Source of the DNA: Planctomycetia bacterium
Lineage (GTDB): Bacteria > Planctomycetota > Planctomycetia > Pirellulales > UBA1268
Assembly: GCA_009922585.1 (NCBI GenBank)
Contig: RFVE01000001.1
Span: 1-46,071, forward strand
Direction of reading: 5' to 3'
Length of the DNA: 46,071 nucleotides
In this document: in pieces, positions 45,151 to 46,071 of the stretch
Layout: each line of letters opens with the position of its first letter
Position numbering within the stretch: the first letter of the stretch is position 1
Notes under the pieces: generated by a model
The model's database searches: none
Told to the model about the DNA's origin: nothing
What the model saw: only the letters and a program-made list of their open reading frames with translations
Position numbers and translations under genes: made by a program

Positions 45151-45582
45151 GAATCTGAGTGGGCCTATAAGCCGGGTTTTGTCCGCCTCGGCCGTTGCCG
45201 GGGCGGGGCGATCATTTCTCTAGGACGACGGTTACCCGCCGCCTCAAGCAGCCCACCCGAAAGGAAACCGGGACGGGTCGCCCCGGGCCGCCGCGAACGG
45301 CGATCTCCTTCCTGTTCGGCCTTGCTCCTGATGGGGTTTACCAAGCCAAACCGGTCACCCGGTCTGCTGGTGAGCTCTTACCTCACCGTTTCACCCTTAC
45401 CGCTGACAAAAGCCGGCGGCGGTCTCTTCTCTGTGGCACTTTCCCTGGCCTTTCGGCCGGTGGGCGTTACCCACCATCACACCCTCCGGAGCCCGGACTT
45501 TCCTCCCGCCGCCCTCGAATTGGCACAAAATATGCTGCGCATTCCCGAAAACAGCCGGCGATCACCCGGCCCACTCAGATTC
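45151..45582 (-). ncRNA. rnpB: RNase P RNA, bacterial type A (about 432 nt)
   Basis: The minus strand contains GGGAGGAAAGTCCGGGCTCC (45488-45504 region), GGTAACGCC, CACAGAGAAGAGACCGCC, GGTAAGGGTGAAACGGTGAGGTAAGAGCTCACC, GGGCTGCTTGAGGC and ACAAAACCCGGCTTAT. These are collinear with E. coli M1 RNA conserved regions. The P1 helix is formed by GAATCTGAGTGGGCC (45582-45568) pairing perfectly with GGCCCACTCAGATTC (45165-45151). Confidence 0.9.
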
Positions 45583-45778
45583 CTCGGAAAATCGTTGCAC
45601 GCCCACGCCCGGCTGGCAAGCCTTCAGCAGATTCGCCCCCAGAAGCGACTTTTCGCACAAGACACCTGTTGACATCGTATGTTTATGTGTTGCTGAGTCT
45701 GAAAGGGCCCGAAACTGATCCTCCCCGAGTTTCCGAGCAGCACCAGAGCCGATACCACACGAATCAGGAACTCAGATC

Positions 45779-46071
45779 ATGTACGGAGAACTGCAACCGC
45801 TCGGAGGCGGTGACCCGATTCCGCTGGTTAAAAAAACGCTTGTTGTGGGAAGACGGGAGTCGTCGGACATCGTGCTGCGGTTCTCAACCGTTTCCGGATC
45901 GCACTGTGAGCTTGCCGTCGAGGAGGGCATTTGGATGGTCCGCGACCTCGGCAGCAGTAATGGCACCAAGGTAAACGGCGTTCGGATCAGCGAACAGCAT
46001 GTAAAGCCAGGGGACACCCTGTCGGTGGCAAAGCACGATTTTGAGTTTTGGTACGACCCCAACGAGCTTGG
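45779..46071 (+). CDS. FHA domain-containing protein, N-terminal part (runs off the right edge)
   Basis: Absent from the track (no stop in the window). My translation from the ATG at 45779 reads MYGELQPLGGGDPIPLVKKTLVVGRRESSDIVLRFSTVSGSHCELAVEEGIWMVRDLGSSNGTKVNGVRISEQHVKPGDTLSVAKHDFEFWYDPNEL. It shows the classic FHA pattern GR...S..H...D..S.NGT.VNG. Confidence 0.8.
   Translation, partial: MYGELQPLGGGDPIPLVKKTLVVGRRESSDIVLRFSTVSGSHCELAVEEGIWMVRDLGSSNGTKVNGVRISEQHVKPGDTLSVAKHDFEFWYDPNEL

Noticed and set aside
45669-45674. TTGACA hexamer upstream of the FHA gene, and TTGCCA-N17-AACGAT upstream of rnpB on the minus strand.
   Set aside because: The TTGACA has no acceptable -10 element at 16-18 nt, and the rnpB candidate has a poor -10. 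Planctomycetal promoter rules are not well enough known to me to make a call.
45195-45974. 259-aa plus-strand ORF (also 45322-45672 and 45772-46062 on the other frames).
   Set aside because: It covers the RNase P RNA gene, whose conserved blocks and P1 helix explain the region. The right-hand part is in a different frame from the clear FHA-domain ORF that starts at 45779.
1-46071. Search for CRISPR arrays, tRNA/rRNA genes, IS elements, integrases, phage genes and riboswitches (a B12 box near cobL and in the 12826-13214 spacer).
   Set aside because: I noticed no regularly spaced direct repeats, no tRNA-like T-loop contexts outside coding sequence, no transposase or integrase motifs and no convincing B12-box or other riboswitch core. 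A covariance-model scan (Infernal/Rfam, tRNAscan-SE) would be needed to be sure.

Overview
GC-rich (~63 %) chromosomal segment. The gene content points to a member of the Planctomycetota (inference): H4MPT-linked C1 genes, a DUF1571-like protein, giant envelope ORFs and a large type-A RNase P RNA. About 38 protein genes and one ncRNA can be supported. I saw no CRISPR array, tRNA/rRNA, transposase or integrase. Most genes are housekeeping: queA, rsmH, plsC-cdsA, cysteine desulfurase plus an A-type Fe-S carrier, cobL-like, ppk1, a J-protein-rnpA-yidD string, an IMPase-family gene and an AI-2E transporter. Many long ORFs in the supplied track are GC-frame artefacts, or N-terminal over-extensions from TTG/GTG starts; I re-set several starts by hand. 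Two loci stand out. (1) Positions 14181-24556 hold two translationally coupled giant ORFs (1263 and 2189 aa) with no recognisable domain. They appear to be built from three similar modules, each a signal or anchor, a roughly 1000-aa beta-rich ectodomain and a TM cluster. (2) Positions 25508-31070 hold a three-gene cassette: an unknown 278-aa protein, a YhaO/SbcD-sized protein whose metal-ligand motifs all look substituted, and a 1122-aa Rad50/SbcC/YhaN-type ATPase with a membrane hairpin in the middle of its coiled coil. Lesser points are a GT2/GT-C fusion glycosyltransferase, a NarL-type regulator with a truncated receiver, an H4MPT gene group (citG-like, queD/PTPS-like, mch, RimK/MptN-like) split by a DtxR-family regulator, and rnpB found 9 kb from rnpA. 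All functional calls come from motif recognition by eye; no database search was run.
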